From the NCBI GenBank assembly GCA_046723475.1, contig JBKOUQ010000132.1, positions 3,056 to 67,055 on the forward strand: 64,000 nt of DNA. The letters are read 5' to 3'. The number at the start of each line of letters is the position of its first letter. The stretch's first letter is position 1. The position numbers were made by a program, and so were the translations under genes. The DNA comes from Candidatus Methylomirabilota bacterium. Lineage in GTDB: Bacteria; Methylomirabilota; Methylomirabilia; Rokubacteriales; CSP1-6. Shown in pieces: positions 28,303-38,561 of the stretch. The notes under the pieces were generated by a model, which was not told the DNA's origin, made no database searches, and saw nothing but the letters and a program-made list of their open reading frames with translations.

Positions 28303-29232
28303 GTGACCGCGGCCGCACTGGGCTTCGGTGTCTCACTCCAGCTCAAGGCGCCGCAGGAGCAGTTCGACCTGGTCCGTCGCATCGAGGCGCTCGGCTTCGA
28401 CAGCGTGTGGTGCGGCGACCACGTGTCGTTTCACAACCCGATCTACGAGTCGTTGACGCTGTTGGCCAGCTATGTGCCGATCACGACTCGGCTGCGGCTC
28501 GGCAGCGCCGTCTACCTGCTCGCGCTGCGCGCCCCGGCGATCGCCGCGAAGATCACCGCGACCCTCGACGTGCTGTCGGGTGGGCGGTTCGTCTTCGGTG
28601 TCGGCGTGGGCGGCGAGAATCCCAAGGAGTTCGAGCTGTGCGGCGTGCCGCATCGCGAGCGGGGTGCGCGGGTGACCGAGGCGATCGACGTCGTGCGCAC
28701 GCTGTGGCGAGATACGCCCGCCACGTTCAAGGGTCGCTTCACGCAGTTTTCCGCCGTATCGATCGATCCCAAGCCGGTGCAGAAGCCCGGACCGCCGATC
28801 TGGGTGGGCGGCCGCTCGGACGCGGCGCTGACGCGCGCGGGCCGGCAGGGTGACGGCTGGGTTGCGTACGTCGTGCAGGCTGACCGCTATGCGCAGAGCC
28901 TCGACAAGATCCGCGCCGCGGCGGACGCCGCGGGCCGCAAGCTCGAGGGGTTCGCCGCCGCGCACCTGGCATTCGTCACGATCGGACGCGACTGGGAATC
29001 CGCCAAGACGGTGTGGGCGGAGGCTCTGACGAAGCGCTACGCGCAGAACTTCGAACCGCTCGCGCGCAAGTACGGGATCATCGGCACGCCCGAGCAGTGC
29101 GCCGAGCAGCTCGACCGCTTCCGCGCGGCGGGCTGCAACTACGTCATCCTGAGCCCGATCGGGCCGGCCGCGCAGGACCGCGAGCAGGTCGAGCGCTTCG
29201 CGGCCGAGGTGCTTCCCAAGCTTCGTGGCTGA
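28303..29232 (+). CDS. LLM-class (luciferase-like) flavin/F420-dependent oxidoreductase
   Basis: 309 aa. FDSVWCGDHV.., GGRFVFGVGVGG, IWVGG.., ..GTPEQCAEQLDRF..AGCNYVIL are typical of the LLM family. Confidence 0.85.
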   Translation: MTAAALGFGVSLQLKAPQEQFDLVRRIEALGFDSVWCGDHVSFHNPIYESLTLLASYVPITTRLRLGSAVYLLALRAPAIAAKITATLDVLSGGRFVFGVGVGGENPKEFELCGVPHRERGARVTEAIDVVRTLWRDTPATFKGRFTQFSAVSIDPKPVQKPGPPIWVGGRSDAALTRAGRQGDGWVAYVVQADRYAQSLDKIRAAADAAGRKLEGFAAAHLAFVTIGRDWESAKTVWAEALTKRYAQNFEPLARKYGIIGTPEQCAEQLDRFRAAGCNYVILSPIGPAAQDREQVERFAAEVLPKLRG

Positions 29233-30877
29233 CCTCACCGGCGGGCAGCTCGTCGCGCGCGTGCTGCGGCAGGCCGGCGTGCGCCACGTGTTCACGCTGT
29301 GCGGCGGACACTTGCTGCCGATCTACGACGGCTGTCTCGACGAGGGGATCGCCGTGATCGATACGCGCCACGAGCAGGCCGCCGCGCATTGCGCCGACGC
29401 GTACGCACGGCTGACGCGCAACGTCGGCGTGGCGATGGTGGCGCCGGGACCCGGAGTGACTGACGCGGTCACGGGTGTTGCCAACGCCCAGGCCGCACGC
29501 AGCCCGCTGCTCTTGATCGGAGGCGCCGCGCCGCTCGGCCTGCGCGGGCTCGGCGCGCTGCAGGAAATGGAGCAGGTCGCCCTGTTCCGGCCGATCACCA
29601 AGGCCTCGTTCACGGTGCCGGAGACGCGCCAGATTCCCGAGGTGCTGACGACGGCGATCCGTACCGCGCTGTCCGGCCGTCCAGGCCCGGTGTTCGTCGA
29701 GATCCCGATCGACCTCTTGATGACGACGATCGAGGACCGCCTGGCCCCCATCCCGACCGACTACGTGCATCGGCCGCGGCCGGCGGCCGACGCGGGCGCG
29801 CTCGCGACGCTCGGGCGGCTGCTCGCGGGCGCCGAGCGCCCTGTCATCCTGGCCGGCGGCGGGATCTGGTGGGACGACGCCGCAGAAGTCCTGGCGACCT
29901 TTGCCGAGCGCGCCGGTGTGCCGGTGTTCATGAACGGCGCGGGGCGCGGTGCCCTGCCGACGAGCCATCCGAACGCGTTCGCACAAGCGCGCTCGATGGC
30001 GCTCGGCCGTGCGGATCTCGTGCTCGTGCTCGGCGCGCCGCTCGACTTTCGGCTGGGCTACGGGCGACCGCCGACGTTCGCGGAGGACGCGCGCGTGGTG
30101 ATGGTCGACAGCGATCCGGCCGAGCTCGGCCGCAATCGCCCGCTCGCGCTCGGCATGGCCGGCGATCTCGGCGTGATCCTGCGCCAGGCAGGCGACGTCG
30201 TCCCGGCCTCGATGGCGGCGCGTGTCGCGCCGTGGCTCGCAAGCGTGCGCACGAAGGAGCGGGAGAGCCGCGAGAAGCTCGCGGCGTACTGCGCGTCCGA
30301 CGACGTGCCGATCGCCCATTACCGCCTGGCGGCCGAGATCGCGCGTGTGGTCGGCCCGGACACGATCGTCGTCGGCGACGGCGGCGACGTCGTCGGCTGC
30401 ACATCGAAGATCGTGACGCTGCACCGTCCGGGGCAGTGGCTCGATCCCGGCCCGCTCGGTTGTCTCGGCGTCGGGCCGTCGTTCGCGCTCACGGCCAAGC
30501 TGCTGCATCGAGACCGACCCGTCATTCTCGTGGCCGGCGACGGCGCGCTCGGCCTCAACGCCATGGAGCTCGAGACGGCGGTGCGCTTCCGGCTGCCGTT
30601 CGTGTGCGTGGTCGGCAACGACGGCGGCTGGGGCCAGATCCGCAACCCCCAGCTGTCGTTCTACGGCGCCGACCGTGCCGTCGCCACGTCGTTGCCGTAC
30701 ACGCGCTTCGACGTGCTGGCCGAGGCGCTCGGCGCGCGCGGCGCTCTGGTCCGTGAGCCGCGTGAGCTCGCGCCCGCGCTCGACAAGGCGCTCGGCAGCG
30801 GCGAGGTGTGGTGCGTCAACGTCGTCCTCGATCCGGCGGCCTACCGGAACACGGGGACGGTGTCGATGGCGATCTGA
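29225..30877 (+). CDS. Thiamine pyrophosphate-binding enzyme (acetolactate synthase large subunit / oxalyl-CoA decarboxylase-like)
   Basis: 550 aa. N-terminal TPP-PYR domain (GGQLVARVL..GV.HVF.L.GGH, HEQAAAH.ADAYAR) and the TPP-binding motif GDGALGLNAMELET..R..LP.V.VV.NDGGWG. Confidence 0.9.
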   Translation: MADLTGGQLVARVLRQAGVRHVFTLCGGHLLPIYDGCLDEGIAVIDTRHEQAAAHCADAYARLTRNVGVAMVAPGPGVTDAVTGVANAQAARSPLLLIGGAAPLGLRGLGALQEMEQVALFRPITKASFTVPETRQIPEVLTTAIRTALSGRPGPVFVEIPIDLLMTTIEDRLAPIPTDYVHRPRPAADAGALATLGRLLAGAERPVILAGGGIWWDDAAEVLATFAERAGVPVFMNGAGRGALPTSHPNAFAQARSMALGRADLVLVLGAPLDFRLGYGRPPTFAEDARVVMVDSDPAELGRNRPLALGMAGDLGVILRQAGDVVPASMAARVAPWLASVRTKERESREKLAAYCASDDVPIAHYRLAAEIARVVGPDTIVVGDGGDVVGCTSKIVTLHRPGQWLDPGPLGCLGVGPSFALTAKLLHRDRPVILVAGDGALGLNAMELETAVRFRLPFVCVVGNDGGWGQIRNPQLSFYGADRAVATSLPYTRFDVLAEALGARGALVREPRELAPALDKALGSGEVWCVNVVLDPAAYRNTGTVSMAI

Positions 30878-30878
30878 T

Positions 30879-31910
30879 CTGAGAGTCACCGTCCTCTGTC
30901 CGCACCTGCGCATCGCCGGCGGCGTGCGCGCGATTCTGACGTATGCCGATCGACTCGCGATCCGCGGTCACGCCGTCACGCTCGTGGTCCCCGCGCGAGG
31001 CGCGATGAGCGCGGGGTGGCGGAACGTGCGCGGCGCCGGCCCCACGTGGGTCACGAACTTTCGGCCGCGTGTGCGCTGGGTGCCACGCTGGGAGGCCGCG
31101 GCGCTGCCCGACGCCGACGTCACGCTTGCCACGGCGTGGCAATCGGCGCCGGTGGTGGCCGCGGCGCCCACCCGGTGTGGCGCGAAGTTCTATCTCATCC
31201 AGCACTACGAGAGCCTGTATCACGGCGCGCCCGCGACGGTGGACGCGACGTATCGGCTGCCGCTACGCCGCATCGTCATCTCCACGTGGCTGGCCGACGT
31301 CTTGCGCGAGCGCTTCGCCGCCGAAAGCGACGTGCTCGTGACTCCCGTCGATCGCGCGCTGTTCCACCCCGTGCCGGTGCGCGTGACGACGTCGCGCCCC
31401 CGCGTGCTGATGCTGCACCACGACTACGCGTGGAAAGGCGTCGCCGACGGTCTCGACGCCGTCCGGCACGTGCGAGCGCGCGTGCCCGGGCTATGGCTCG
31501 TCGGGTTCGGCGTGAAGCCGCCCCGAGAGCGCGTGCCGTACGACGAGTTCCACGCGAATCCGCCTCAGGAGAGGCTCGCGGAACTCTACAGCGGCTGCGA
31601 GATCTATCTGTGTCCGTCGTGGGACGAGGGCCTCGGCATGCCGTCGATGGAGGCGATGGCGTGCGGGGCCGCCCTCGTGACGTACGACAACGGCGGCAGC
31701 CGCGACTACGCGCGTGACGCTGACACGGCGCTGGTCGCGCCGCGCCGCGACGTCGAGCGTCTGGCCGCGTGCCTCGCTCGGATGGCGACCGATGCGCCAC
31801 TGCGAGGGCAGCTGGCCGCGGCGGGCCAGGCGTTCGTGACGAGCGCGTTCGACTGGGATCGCGCGGTCGATCGGCTGGAAGCGCTGTTCGTGGGCGCAGC
31901 CGCGACGTAA
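30879..31910 (+). CDS. Glycosyltransferase family 4/1
   Basis: GT-B C-terminal motif (CPSWDEGLGMPSMEAMACGAALVTYDNGG). The start is unresolved: the only in-frame ATG (30675) lies 200 nt inside the TPP gene, so I placed it at CTG 30879. Confidence 0.75.
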   Translation: MRVTVLCPHLRIAGGVRAILTYADRLAIRGHAVTLVVPARGAMSAGWRNVRGAGPTWVTNFRPRVRWVPRWEAAALPDADVTLATAWQSAPVVAAAPTRCGAKFYLIQHYESLYHGAPATVDATYRLPLRRIVISTWLADVLRERFAAESDVLVTPVDRALFHPVPVRVTTSRPRVLMLHHDYAWKGVADGLDAVRHVRARVPGLWLVGFGVKPPRERVPYDEFHANPPQERLAELYSGCEIYLCPSWDEGLGMPSMEAMACGAALVTYDNGGSRDYARDADTALVAPRRDVERLAACLARMATDAPLRGQLAAAGQAFVTSAFDWDRAVDRLEALFVGAAAT

Positions 31911-31932
31911 CGCCGTGCTAAACTTCACCGAA

Positions 31933-32328
31933 ATGCCGATTTACGAGTACGACTGCCACGACTGTCGGCGCCGTGTCAGCCTGCTGGTGCGAACGCTCTC
32001 GTCCGCGGAGCCACCGGCGTGTCCCCGGTGTGGGTCGACGGCGCTGACACGACTGATGTCGCGTTTTTCCACGGTGAAGTCGGAAGACGCACGGCTCGAA
32101 GCGCTCGCGGACGGCGGCGTCGGCGATCTCGACGAGAACGATCCGGCCAGCGTCGCGCGGTTCATGAAGAAGATGGGACAGGAGTTCGGCGACGAGCTCG
32201 GCGACGACTTCGATTCCGCCGTGGACGAGGCGATGACCGAAGCCGAGACAGGCGGGGAGGGGACGGGGGAGGCCGGCGCGAGCGCCGACGAATCCCTGGA
32301 CACCGCGGGCTCGTCAGAGGATCTGTGA
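31933..32328 (+). CDS. FmdB-family zinc-ribbon protein with an acidic tail
   Basis: MPIYEYDCHDCRRRVS...CPRCGS fits the CxxC..CxxC FmdB signature. The C-terminus is Asp/Glu-rich. Confidence 0.75.
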   Translation: MPIYEYDCHDCRRRVSLLVRTLSSAEPPACPRCGSTALTRLMSRFSTVKSEDARLEALADGGVGDLDENDPASVARFMKKMGQEFGDELGDDFDSAVDEAMTEAETGGEGTGEAGASADESLDTAGSSEDL

Positions 32329-33353
32329 CCCCCCTCAAGGTCGAGTCTGCCGACCGCCTCGACGCGTCGGAGGCGGCCGCCTGGGACGAGATCGTCGCGG
32401 CGGCCCGCTGCCGCGCGCCGTTCCTGGGATGGACGTGGCAGCACCAGTGGGCCGCGGTCTTTGCCGAAGGCTGCCGGCTCGACGTGCGACACGTTCGCGA
32501 CGGCGACGGTCGGCTCGTCGCGATCCTGCCGCTCTACGAGATTGCGCCGGACGCGCTCGAGCTGGTGGGCGGCGCCGACGTGTCGGATTATCTCGATCTG
32601 ATCGTCCGCGCAGGGCACGAGGACGACGCCTGGTCGGCACTGCTCGCCAGTCGCGGTGGTGATCCCAAGCGCTGGGTTCTGCATGCGGTGCCCGCCGCGT
32701 CGCCCACCACGCGGACGGTTCCCGCGCTCGCGACGACACTCGGTCTCGTCACGGACGTCGCGCTCGAGGAGCGCTGTCCCGTCCTCGATCTGCCGGCCTC
32801 CTGGGATCTCTACCTCGCCTCGCTTTCCGGAAAACATCGCCACGAGCTCAGCCGCAAGATTCGTCGCTTCGAGCGTGAAGTGCCGGACGGGCGCGCCGTT
32901 GCCGTGCGCGCTCCGGACGCCGTCGCGGCCCGGCTCGGCGATTTCATCGAGCTGCACCGCGCCTCGCGCGTCGGCAAGGCGAAGTTCATGGACGAACGGA
33001 TGGAGCTGTTCTTCCGCCGCGTCCTGCCCGCGCTCGCCGAGCGCGAGGCCGTCGCGCTGTGGTTTCTCGAGGCCGCGGGGACGCCGATCGCCTCGTTCGT
33101 GTGTCTCGAGTGGGACGGCACGGTCGGCCTCTACAATTCCGGTTTCGCGCCGGAGCGCGCCGCGCTTTCCCCGGGGCTCGTGCTCTTGGCGCACGTGATT
33201 CGCGATGCGATCGCGCGCGGCCGGTCGCGCTTCGACTTTTTGCGCGGCGAAGAGCGCTACAAGCTGGAGTTCGAGCCGCGTCTGGAAGACGTGCTTCGAG
33301 TGACCATCTCCAACGCGGTGACCGCGCCGTTGAGCGGAGCCACGCGTGCCTAG
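32325..33353 (+). CDS. GNAT-fold acetyltransferase, CelD/BioF2-like (FemAB-type)
   Basis: GTGA overlap with the upstream gene. ..LSGKHRHELSRKIRRFE.., ..GLYNSGF.P....SPG..LLAH.I..AI..G...FDFLRGEE.YK are typical of the Acetyltransf_6/CelD family. Confidence 0.7.
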   Translation: MTPLKVESADRLDASEAAAWDEIVAAARCRAPFLGWTWQHQWAAVFAEGCRLDVRHVRDGDGRLVAILPLYEIAPDALELVGGADVSDYLDLIVRAGHEDDAWSALLASRGGDPKRWVLHAVPAASPTTRTVPALATTLGLVTDVALEERCPVLDLPASWDLYLASLSGKHRHELSRKIRRFEREVPDGRAVAVRAPDAVAARLGDFIELHRASRVGKAKFMDERMELFFRRVLPALAEREAVALWFLEAAGTPIASFVCLEWDGTVGLYNSGFAPERAALSPGLVLLAHVIRDAIARGRSRFDFLRGEERYKLEFEPRLEDVLRVTISNAVTAPLSGATRA

Positions 33354-33403
33354 AGCAGGCCACCCACCGCCGTACCCGTCCTCGCGGACCCCGCTACAAC
33401 AAA
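33324..33403. repeat. Copy A of an ~80-bp repeated element (gccgttgagcggNgccacg...ctagaRcaggccaccc...cgcggNccccgctacaa)
   Basis: About 75% identical by eye to 42731-42808. It supplies the last 10 codons and the stop of the CelD-like gene and ends 17 nt before the next ATG. Confidence 0.55.
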
Positions 33404-33419
33404 TCGACGGACCGCGCGC

Positions 33420-34670
33420 ATGACCCCCCTGCGCGTCGCGATGCTGAGCGTGCACACCTGCCCCCTCGCGGCGCTCGGCGGCAAGGAAACCGGCGGGATG
33501 AATGTTTACGTGCGCGAGCTCGCCCGCGAGCTCGCGCGCATGGGCGCCGCCGTCGACGTGTTCACGCGCTCGCAGAATCCCGCCATCTCCCGCGTGGTTC
33601 GCCTGGGAGACGGCGCGCGGGTGATCCACCTGCCGGCGGGGCCGCAGGCGCCGATGGCGCGCGAGCGAGTGCACGCGTATCTCGAGGAGTTCGTCGACGG
33701 CGTGGAGGCGTGGCGCCTCGCGAACGGCGCCGACTACGATCTGGTGCACGGCCATTACTGGCTGTCCGGCCTGGTCGGGCTGAGCCTCCGCGCGCGCTGG
33801 GGCGTGCCGCTCGTGCAGATGTTCCACACGCTCGCCGCCATGAAGAACGGTGCCGGCGTGGTGGCCGAGCGGGAACCCGCGCTGCGCCTCGCCGAGGAGC
33901 GGCGAATTGTCGGCGCCGCCGACCGGCTGGTCGCCGCCAACGCCATCGAGCGTGCCGGTCTCGTGAAGGCGTACGGAGCCGACGCATCCCGCGTAGCGGT
34001 CATCCCGTGTGGCGTCGACACGGACCTGTTCCGCGGAGGCGATGCCGCAATCGCGCGCGACGTCCTGGGCGTCGCGCGAGGCCCGCTGCTGCTCTACGTC
34101 GGGCGCATCGCACCGATCAAGGGACTGGAGACGCTGCTCGACGCGCTCGGGTGTCTGCGCGGCCGCGGCATCGGCGCTCGGCTGGTGGTCGTCGGTGGAG
34201 AGACGGACGAGCCGGTAGATGCGCACGAAGCTGGCGTTCGTCGCCGCGTCACCACGCTCGGTCTGGCCAACGCCGTGACGTTCGTCGGCGCGCAGCCCCA
34301 GGAACGTCTACGGGATTGGTACGTTGCGGCCGACGTCATCGTGTTGCCGTCCTACTACGAATCCTTCGGCATGGTCGCGCTCGAGGCGATGGCGTGCGGC
34401 AGTCCGGTGGTCGCCTCGCGCGTCGGCGGGCTGCAGACGACCGTGCGCGACGGTGTGACCGGCCTGCTGGTGCCCGAAGGCGACCCCTGCGCGCTCGCCG
34501 ACACGATTGCCCGCGTGCTTGCCGACGGCGCCCTGCGCTGGCGGCTCGGTCGGGAAGGGCAGCGCTGGGCGTCGCAGCACCGGTGGCCGTGCGTGGCGGA
34601 GGCGATCAGCCGCGAGTACGCAACGCTCGCGCGGGGTGCGACGGAGCTCGCGACCGGCCGCTGCGTGTAG
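33420..34670 (+). CDS. Glycosyltransferase family 4 (MshA-like retaining GT)
   Basis: MTPLRVAMLSVHTCPLAALGGKETGGMNVYVRELAREL.. and ..PSYYESFGMVALEAMACGSPVVASRVGGL are MshA-type motifs. Confidence 0.85.
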   Translation: MTPLRVAMLSVHTCPLAALGGKETGGMNVYVRELARELARMGAAVDVFTRSQNPAISRVVRLGDGARVIHLPAGPQAPMARERVHAYLEEFVDGVEAWRLANGADYDLVHGHYWLSGLVGLSLRARWGVPLVQMFHTLAAMKNGAGVVAEREPALRLAEERRIVGAADRLVAANAIERAGLVKAYGADASRVAVIPCGVDTDLFRGGDAAIARDVLGVARGPLLLYVGRIAPIKGLETLLDALGCLRGRGIGARLVVVGGETDEPVDAHEAGVRRRVTTLGLANAVTFVGAQPQERLRDWYVAADVIVLPSYYESFGMVALEAMACGSPVVASRVGGLQTTVRDGVTGLLVPEGDPCALADTIARVLADGALRWRLGREGQRWASQHRWPCVAEAISREYATLARGATELATGRCV

Positions 34671-34710
34671 CATTCTCGCTGGCGAGACACATGCTACACT
34701 CCCGCGCGCA

Positions 34711-35745
34711 GTGGGTACTCTCCTCGAAGTCGTCGACCTCCAGACGCATTTTCTGACGCGCGGCGGCGTCGTGCGCGCCGTCGACGGCGTCTCCTGGGAC
34801 GTCGCCGAGGGCGAGACGGTTGCGCTGGTCGGTGAGTCCGGCTGCGGTAAGTCGGTCAGCGCGCTGTCGATCATGCGTCTCGTGGCGGCTCCCGCAGGTC
34901 GCATCGTCAGCGGCCGCATCCTGTTCAAGGGCCGCGACCTGCTTGCGCTCGACGAAGAAGCGATGCGCCGCGTGCGCGGGCGCGAGATCGCCATGATCTT
35001 CCAGGAGCCGATGACGTCGCTCAATCCGGTGCTCACGATCGGCCGGCAGATCACGGAAGGGCTCGAGACGCATCTCGGTATGACGCCGACGGCGGCCCGC
35101 GGGCGCGCGGCGGAGCTCTTGTCGATGGTCGGCATCCCGGATCCGGCGCGCCGTCTCACACAGTATCCGCACCAGTTCAGCGGCGGCATGCGACAGCGGA
35201 TGATGATCGCGATGGCACTCTCGTGCGAGCCATCGCTGGTCCTTGCCGACGAGCCGACGACCGCGCTCGACGTTACGATCCAGGCCCAGATCCTCGAGCT
35301 GATGAAGAGCCTGTCGCGGCGGCTCGGCGTCGCCATGCTGATGATCACGCACAACCTCGGCATCGTCGCGCGCTACGCCGATCGCGTGAACGTGATGTAC
35401 GCGGGCAAGATCATCGAGCGCGGCACGGCGCGCGAGATCTACGCCAATCCGCGGCATCCCTACACGCTCGGGCTGCTGCGCTCGGTGCCGCGCCTGGACG
35501 AGCCGCGGCGCGCCCGCCTCGATCCGATCGAGGGCCAGCCGCCGGACCTGGCGCGGCTGCCGGGCGGCTGCGCGTTCGCGCCGCGCTGCGCGTTTCGCGT
35601 CGAGCGATGTGTCGTCGAGAGGCCGCCGCTGCGCGCGATCGGCGCGCGGTACCCGCAGGCCGGCCATGAGCACGTGACGGCGTGCTGGGAGGCCGAGCGA
35701 CTGACGACGCGCGCGGAGCGTGAGGCGGTCGGAGAGGCGCGATGA
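34711..35745 (+). CDS. Peptide/nickel ABC transporter ATP-binding protein (DppD/OppD-like)
   Basis: GTG start [14 protein letters not shown].., Walker A GESGCGKS, signature FSGGMRQR, and a C-terminal oligopeptide-ATPase extension (CAFAPRC). Confidence 0.9.
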   Translation: MGTLLEVVDLQTHFLTRGGVVRAVDGVSWDVAEGETVALVGESGCGKSVSALSIMRLVAAPAGRIVSGRILFKGRDLLALDEEAMRRVRGREIAMIFQEPMTSLNPVLTIGRQITEGLETHLGMTPTAARGRAAELLSMVGIPDPARRLTQYPHQFSGGMRQRMMIAMALSCEPSLVLADEPTTALDVTIQAQILELMKSLSRRLGVAMLMITHNLGIVARYADRVNVMYAGKIIERGTAREIYANPRHPYTLGLLRSVPRLDEPRRARLDPIEGQPPDLARLPGGCAFAPRCAFRVERCVVERPPLRAIGARYPQAGHEHVTACWEAERLTTRAEREAVGEAR

Positions 35746-36767
35746 CGGCTCCGCACCCGGCCCCGAGCGCAACCACGGCCGCCACGGGTGCGCCGGGCGA
35801 GGTCGTGCTCGAGGTGCGCAACCTGGTCAAGCACTTCGAGGTCGGCGGCGGACTCTTCGGCCGCCGGCGCGGGGTCGTTCGCGCGGTGGACGGCGTGTCG
35901 TTCTCCATCCGTAGTGGCGAGACGCTCGGCCTGGTCGGCGAATCCGGCTGCGGCAAGACGACGACCGGTCGCTGCATCCTGCAGCTCGAGACGCCGACGT
36001 CGGGCGAGATCGTCTTCGAGGGCCGCGACCTCACCAAGCTCGATCCCCACGAGCTGCGCGCCGTGCGACGGCGACTGCAGGTCATCTTTCAGGATCCCTA
36101 CAGCTCCCTGAATCCGCGCATGACGGTCGGCGAGATCATCGCCGAGCCGCTCGCCGTGCACGGCATCGTCCGCGGAGCAGGCGCGCGGCGCGACCGCGTC
36201 CGCGACCTGCTCCGGCACGTCGGCCTGCTGCCGCAGCATGCGGCGCGCTATCCGCACCAGCTCTCCGGCGGGCAGCGCCAGCGCGTGGGCATCGCGCGCG
36301 CGCTCGCCATGGAGCCAACGCTCATCGTGTGCGACGAGCCGGTGTCCGCACTCGACGTCTCCATTCAGGCGCAGATCATCAACCTGCTCGAGGATCTGCA
36401 GGCCGAGTTCGGGCTCACGTACCTGTTCATCGCGCACGATCTCGCCGTCGTGCGGCACATCTCCGACCGCGTCGCGGTGATGTACCTCGGCAAGATCGTC
36501 GAGCTCGCGGATCGCAAGACGCTCTATGACGATCCGCTGCATCCGTACACACGGGCGCTGCTGTCGGCAGTGCCGATTCCCGATCCCGAGCTGGAAGCGC
36601 GTCGCGAGCATCTCGTGCTCGGCGGCGAGGTTCCAAGCCCGCTCAATCCGCCCAGCGGCTGTGTGTTCCATCCGCGCTGTCCGCTCGCCGAGGAGCGTTG
36701 CCGGCGCGTCGTGCCGGAGCTGCGCGAGGTGAAGCCGGGGCACTGGGCCGCCTGCCTGCTGGTATGA
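35742..36767 (+). CDS. Peptide/nickel ABC transporter ATP-binding protein (DppF/OppF-like)
   Basis: ATGA overlap with the upstream gene. [25 protein letters not shown]-terminal [12 protein letters not shown]. Confidence 0.9.
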   Translation: MTAPHPAPSATTAATGAPGEVVLEVRNLVKHFEVGGGLFGRRRGVVRAVDGVSFSIRSGETLGLVGESGCGKTTTGRCILQLETPTSGEIVFEGRDLTKLDPHELRAVRRRLQVIFQDPYSSLNPRMTVGEIIAEPLAVHGIVRGAGARRDRVRDLLRHVGLLPQHAARYPHQLSGGQRQRVGIARALAMEPTLIVCDEPVSALDVSIQAQIINLLEDLQAEFGLTYLFIAHDLAVVRHISDRVAVMYLGKIVELADRKTLYDDPLHPYTRALLSAVPIPDPELEARREHLVLGGEVPSPLNPPSGCVFHPRCPLAEERCRRVVPELREVKPGHWAACLLV

Positions 36768-36774
36768 CGGGCGC

Positions 36775-36804
36775 TTGACAGCGCGGTCAGACCACGGCTA
36801 ACTA
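36775..36804 (+). promoter_or_regulatory. Candidate sigma70-type promoter ahead of the SBP gene
   Basis: TTGACA (36775-36780), 18 nt, then TAACTA (36799-36804), in the 132-nt gap between the ATPase and SBP genes. Confidence 0.3.
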
Positions 36805-36899
36805 TCGGCAACCTTTCGAGCTTTCTATCGGTTTTCACTGCAACGATTGATACGTGACGGTCGGGCGGTCCCCGCCTCCGGCCGCCGAGGAGGTAGCTC

Positions 36900-38516
36900 A
36901 TGCGACGCCCCTTGGCTTGCGCCTTCGGCGCGGTGCTCATCACCCTGCTTGTGCCCCCCCTGGGGGTGCTTGTCGCGACACTTCCGGCGGCTGCACAGGA
37001 CCAGCCTCGCTCTGGCGGCGAACTCGTCTTCGTCGTTCCGTCCGAGCCGCCGGCGTACGACGCTCATCAGGAAGAGACGTTCGGCCTGATCCATCCGACG
37101 GCCCCGCACTACAACACGCTGCTGCGCGTGGATCCGACCGACAAGACGGGCACCAAGCCTGTCGGTGATCTCGCCGAGTCGTGGACGGTCAGCAAGGACG
37201 GCTTGACGTACACGTTCAAGCTGCACAAGGGCGTGAAGTTCCACGACGGCAGTGAGATGACGTCCAAGGACGTCAAGGCCTCGTACGACAAGATCATCAA
37301 GCCGCCGGCCGGCATCAAGTCGCTCCGCAAGGACATGTACGATGCCGTCACGTCGGTCGAGGCGCCGGACCCGAACACGGTCGTGTTCAAGCTGAAGTGG
37401 CCCGAAACGTCCTTCCTGCTGGCGGTGGCCTCGCCGTGGAACTGGATCTACAAGGCGGATATTCTCGCCAAAGATCCGCACTGGTACGAAACCCACGTCA
37501 TGGGGACCGGCCCCTTCAAATTCGTCGAGCACGTCAAGGGCTCGCACTGGGTCGGCAAGAAGAACCCGGACTACTGGGACAAGGGCAAGCCGTATCTCGA
37601 CGGCTACCGCGCGATCTTCATCAGCGCGTCGGCGGCGCAGGTGGCCGCGATTCGCGGTGAGCGCGCCATGATCCAGTTCCGCTCGTTCAGCCCGCCCGAG
37701 CGCGACCAGCTCGTGCAAGCGCTCGGCAACAAGATCGCGGTGCAGGAGAGTCCCTGGGACTGCCTCAACTTCGTCTCGATGCACCACGAGAAAAAGCCGT
37801 TCGCCGACAAGCGCGTGCGCCGGGCGTTGAGCCTCGCGCTCGACCGCTACGAGGCGTCGAAGGCCCTGTCGAAGATCACGCTGGTGAAAGACGTCGGCGG
37901 CATCCAGGTTCCGGGCACACCGTACGCGACGCCGCCCGCGGAGCTCGAGAAGCTCGCCGGCTATGGCCACGACATCGCCAAGAACCGCGCGGAGGCCAAG
38001 CGCCTGCTGAAGGAAGCCGGCGTGCCAGAGGGCTTTTCGTTCGTCTTCAAGAACCGCGGCATTCCGCACCCGTACGAGCCGCTCGGCATCTGGCTCATCT
38101 CGCAGTGGAAGCAGATCGGTCTCAACGTGCGGCAGGAGTTCATCGAGGCCTCCGCATATCATCCGATGCTCAAGCGCGGCGATTTCGACGTCGCGATGGA
38201 CTTCCAGTGCGGATTCATCGTCGAGCCCGACCTGGACCTTGCCCGGTTCGTCAGCACGTCGGACGCGAACTACGGCAAGCACAAGGACACCGTCATCGAC
38301 GATCTCTACAGCCGGCAGGCGCGCACGACGGACATCGAGGAGCGCAAGAAGCTCATCCGCGAGTTCGAGAAGCGGCTGCTCGACGACGAAGCGCACGTGA
38401 TCTACACGCTGCAGTGGCACCGCATCATCCCGCACCTGGCGAAGGTGCACGGCTGGACGATCACCCCCAGCCACTATCTCAACAACCAGCTCGACACCGT
38501 CTGGCTGTCGGAGTAA
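36900..38516 (+). CDS. ABC transporter substrate-binding protein, family 5 (peptide/nickel)
   Basis: RBS GAGGAGG. Signal peptide ..LLVPPLGVLVATLPAAAQ. 538 aa with typical family-5 SBP sequence. Confidence 0.9.
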   Translation: MRRPLACAFGAVLITLLVPPLGVLVATLPAAAQDQPRSGGELVFVVPSEPPAYDAHQEETFGLIHPTAPHYNTLLRVDPTDKTGTKPVGDLAESWTVSKDGLTYTFKLHKGVKFHDGSEMTSKDVKASYDKIIKPPAGIKSLRKDMYDAVTSVEAPDPNTVVFKLKWPETSFLLAVASPWNWIYKADILAKDPHWYETHVMGTGPFKFVEHVKGSHWVGKKNPDYWDKGKPYLDGYRAIFISASAAQVAAIRGERAMIQFRSFSPPERDQLVQALGNKIAVQESPWDCLNFVSMHHEKKPFADKRVRRALSLALDRYEASKALSKITLVKDVGGIQVPGTPYATPPAELEKLAGYGHDIAKNRAEAKRLLKEAGVPEGFSFVFKNRGIPHPYEPLGIWLISQWKQIGLNVRQEFIEASAYHPMLKRGDFDVAMDFQCGFIVEPDLDLARFVSTSDANYGKHKDTVIDDLYSRQARTTDIEERKKLIREFEKRLLDDEAHVIYTLQWHRIIPHLAKVHGWTITPSHYLNNQLDTVWLSE

Positions 38517-38561
38517 TTCGCGCGCGGGGACGCGGCCGAGGCCGCGTCCCCGCCAACCACC

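Noticed and set aside
29144-34226. Long minus-strand ORFs 29144..30913 and 31941..34226
   Set aside because: They are shadow frames opposite the TPP enzyme, glycosyltransferase and CelD-like genes, with no recognisable motifs.
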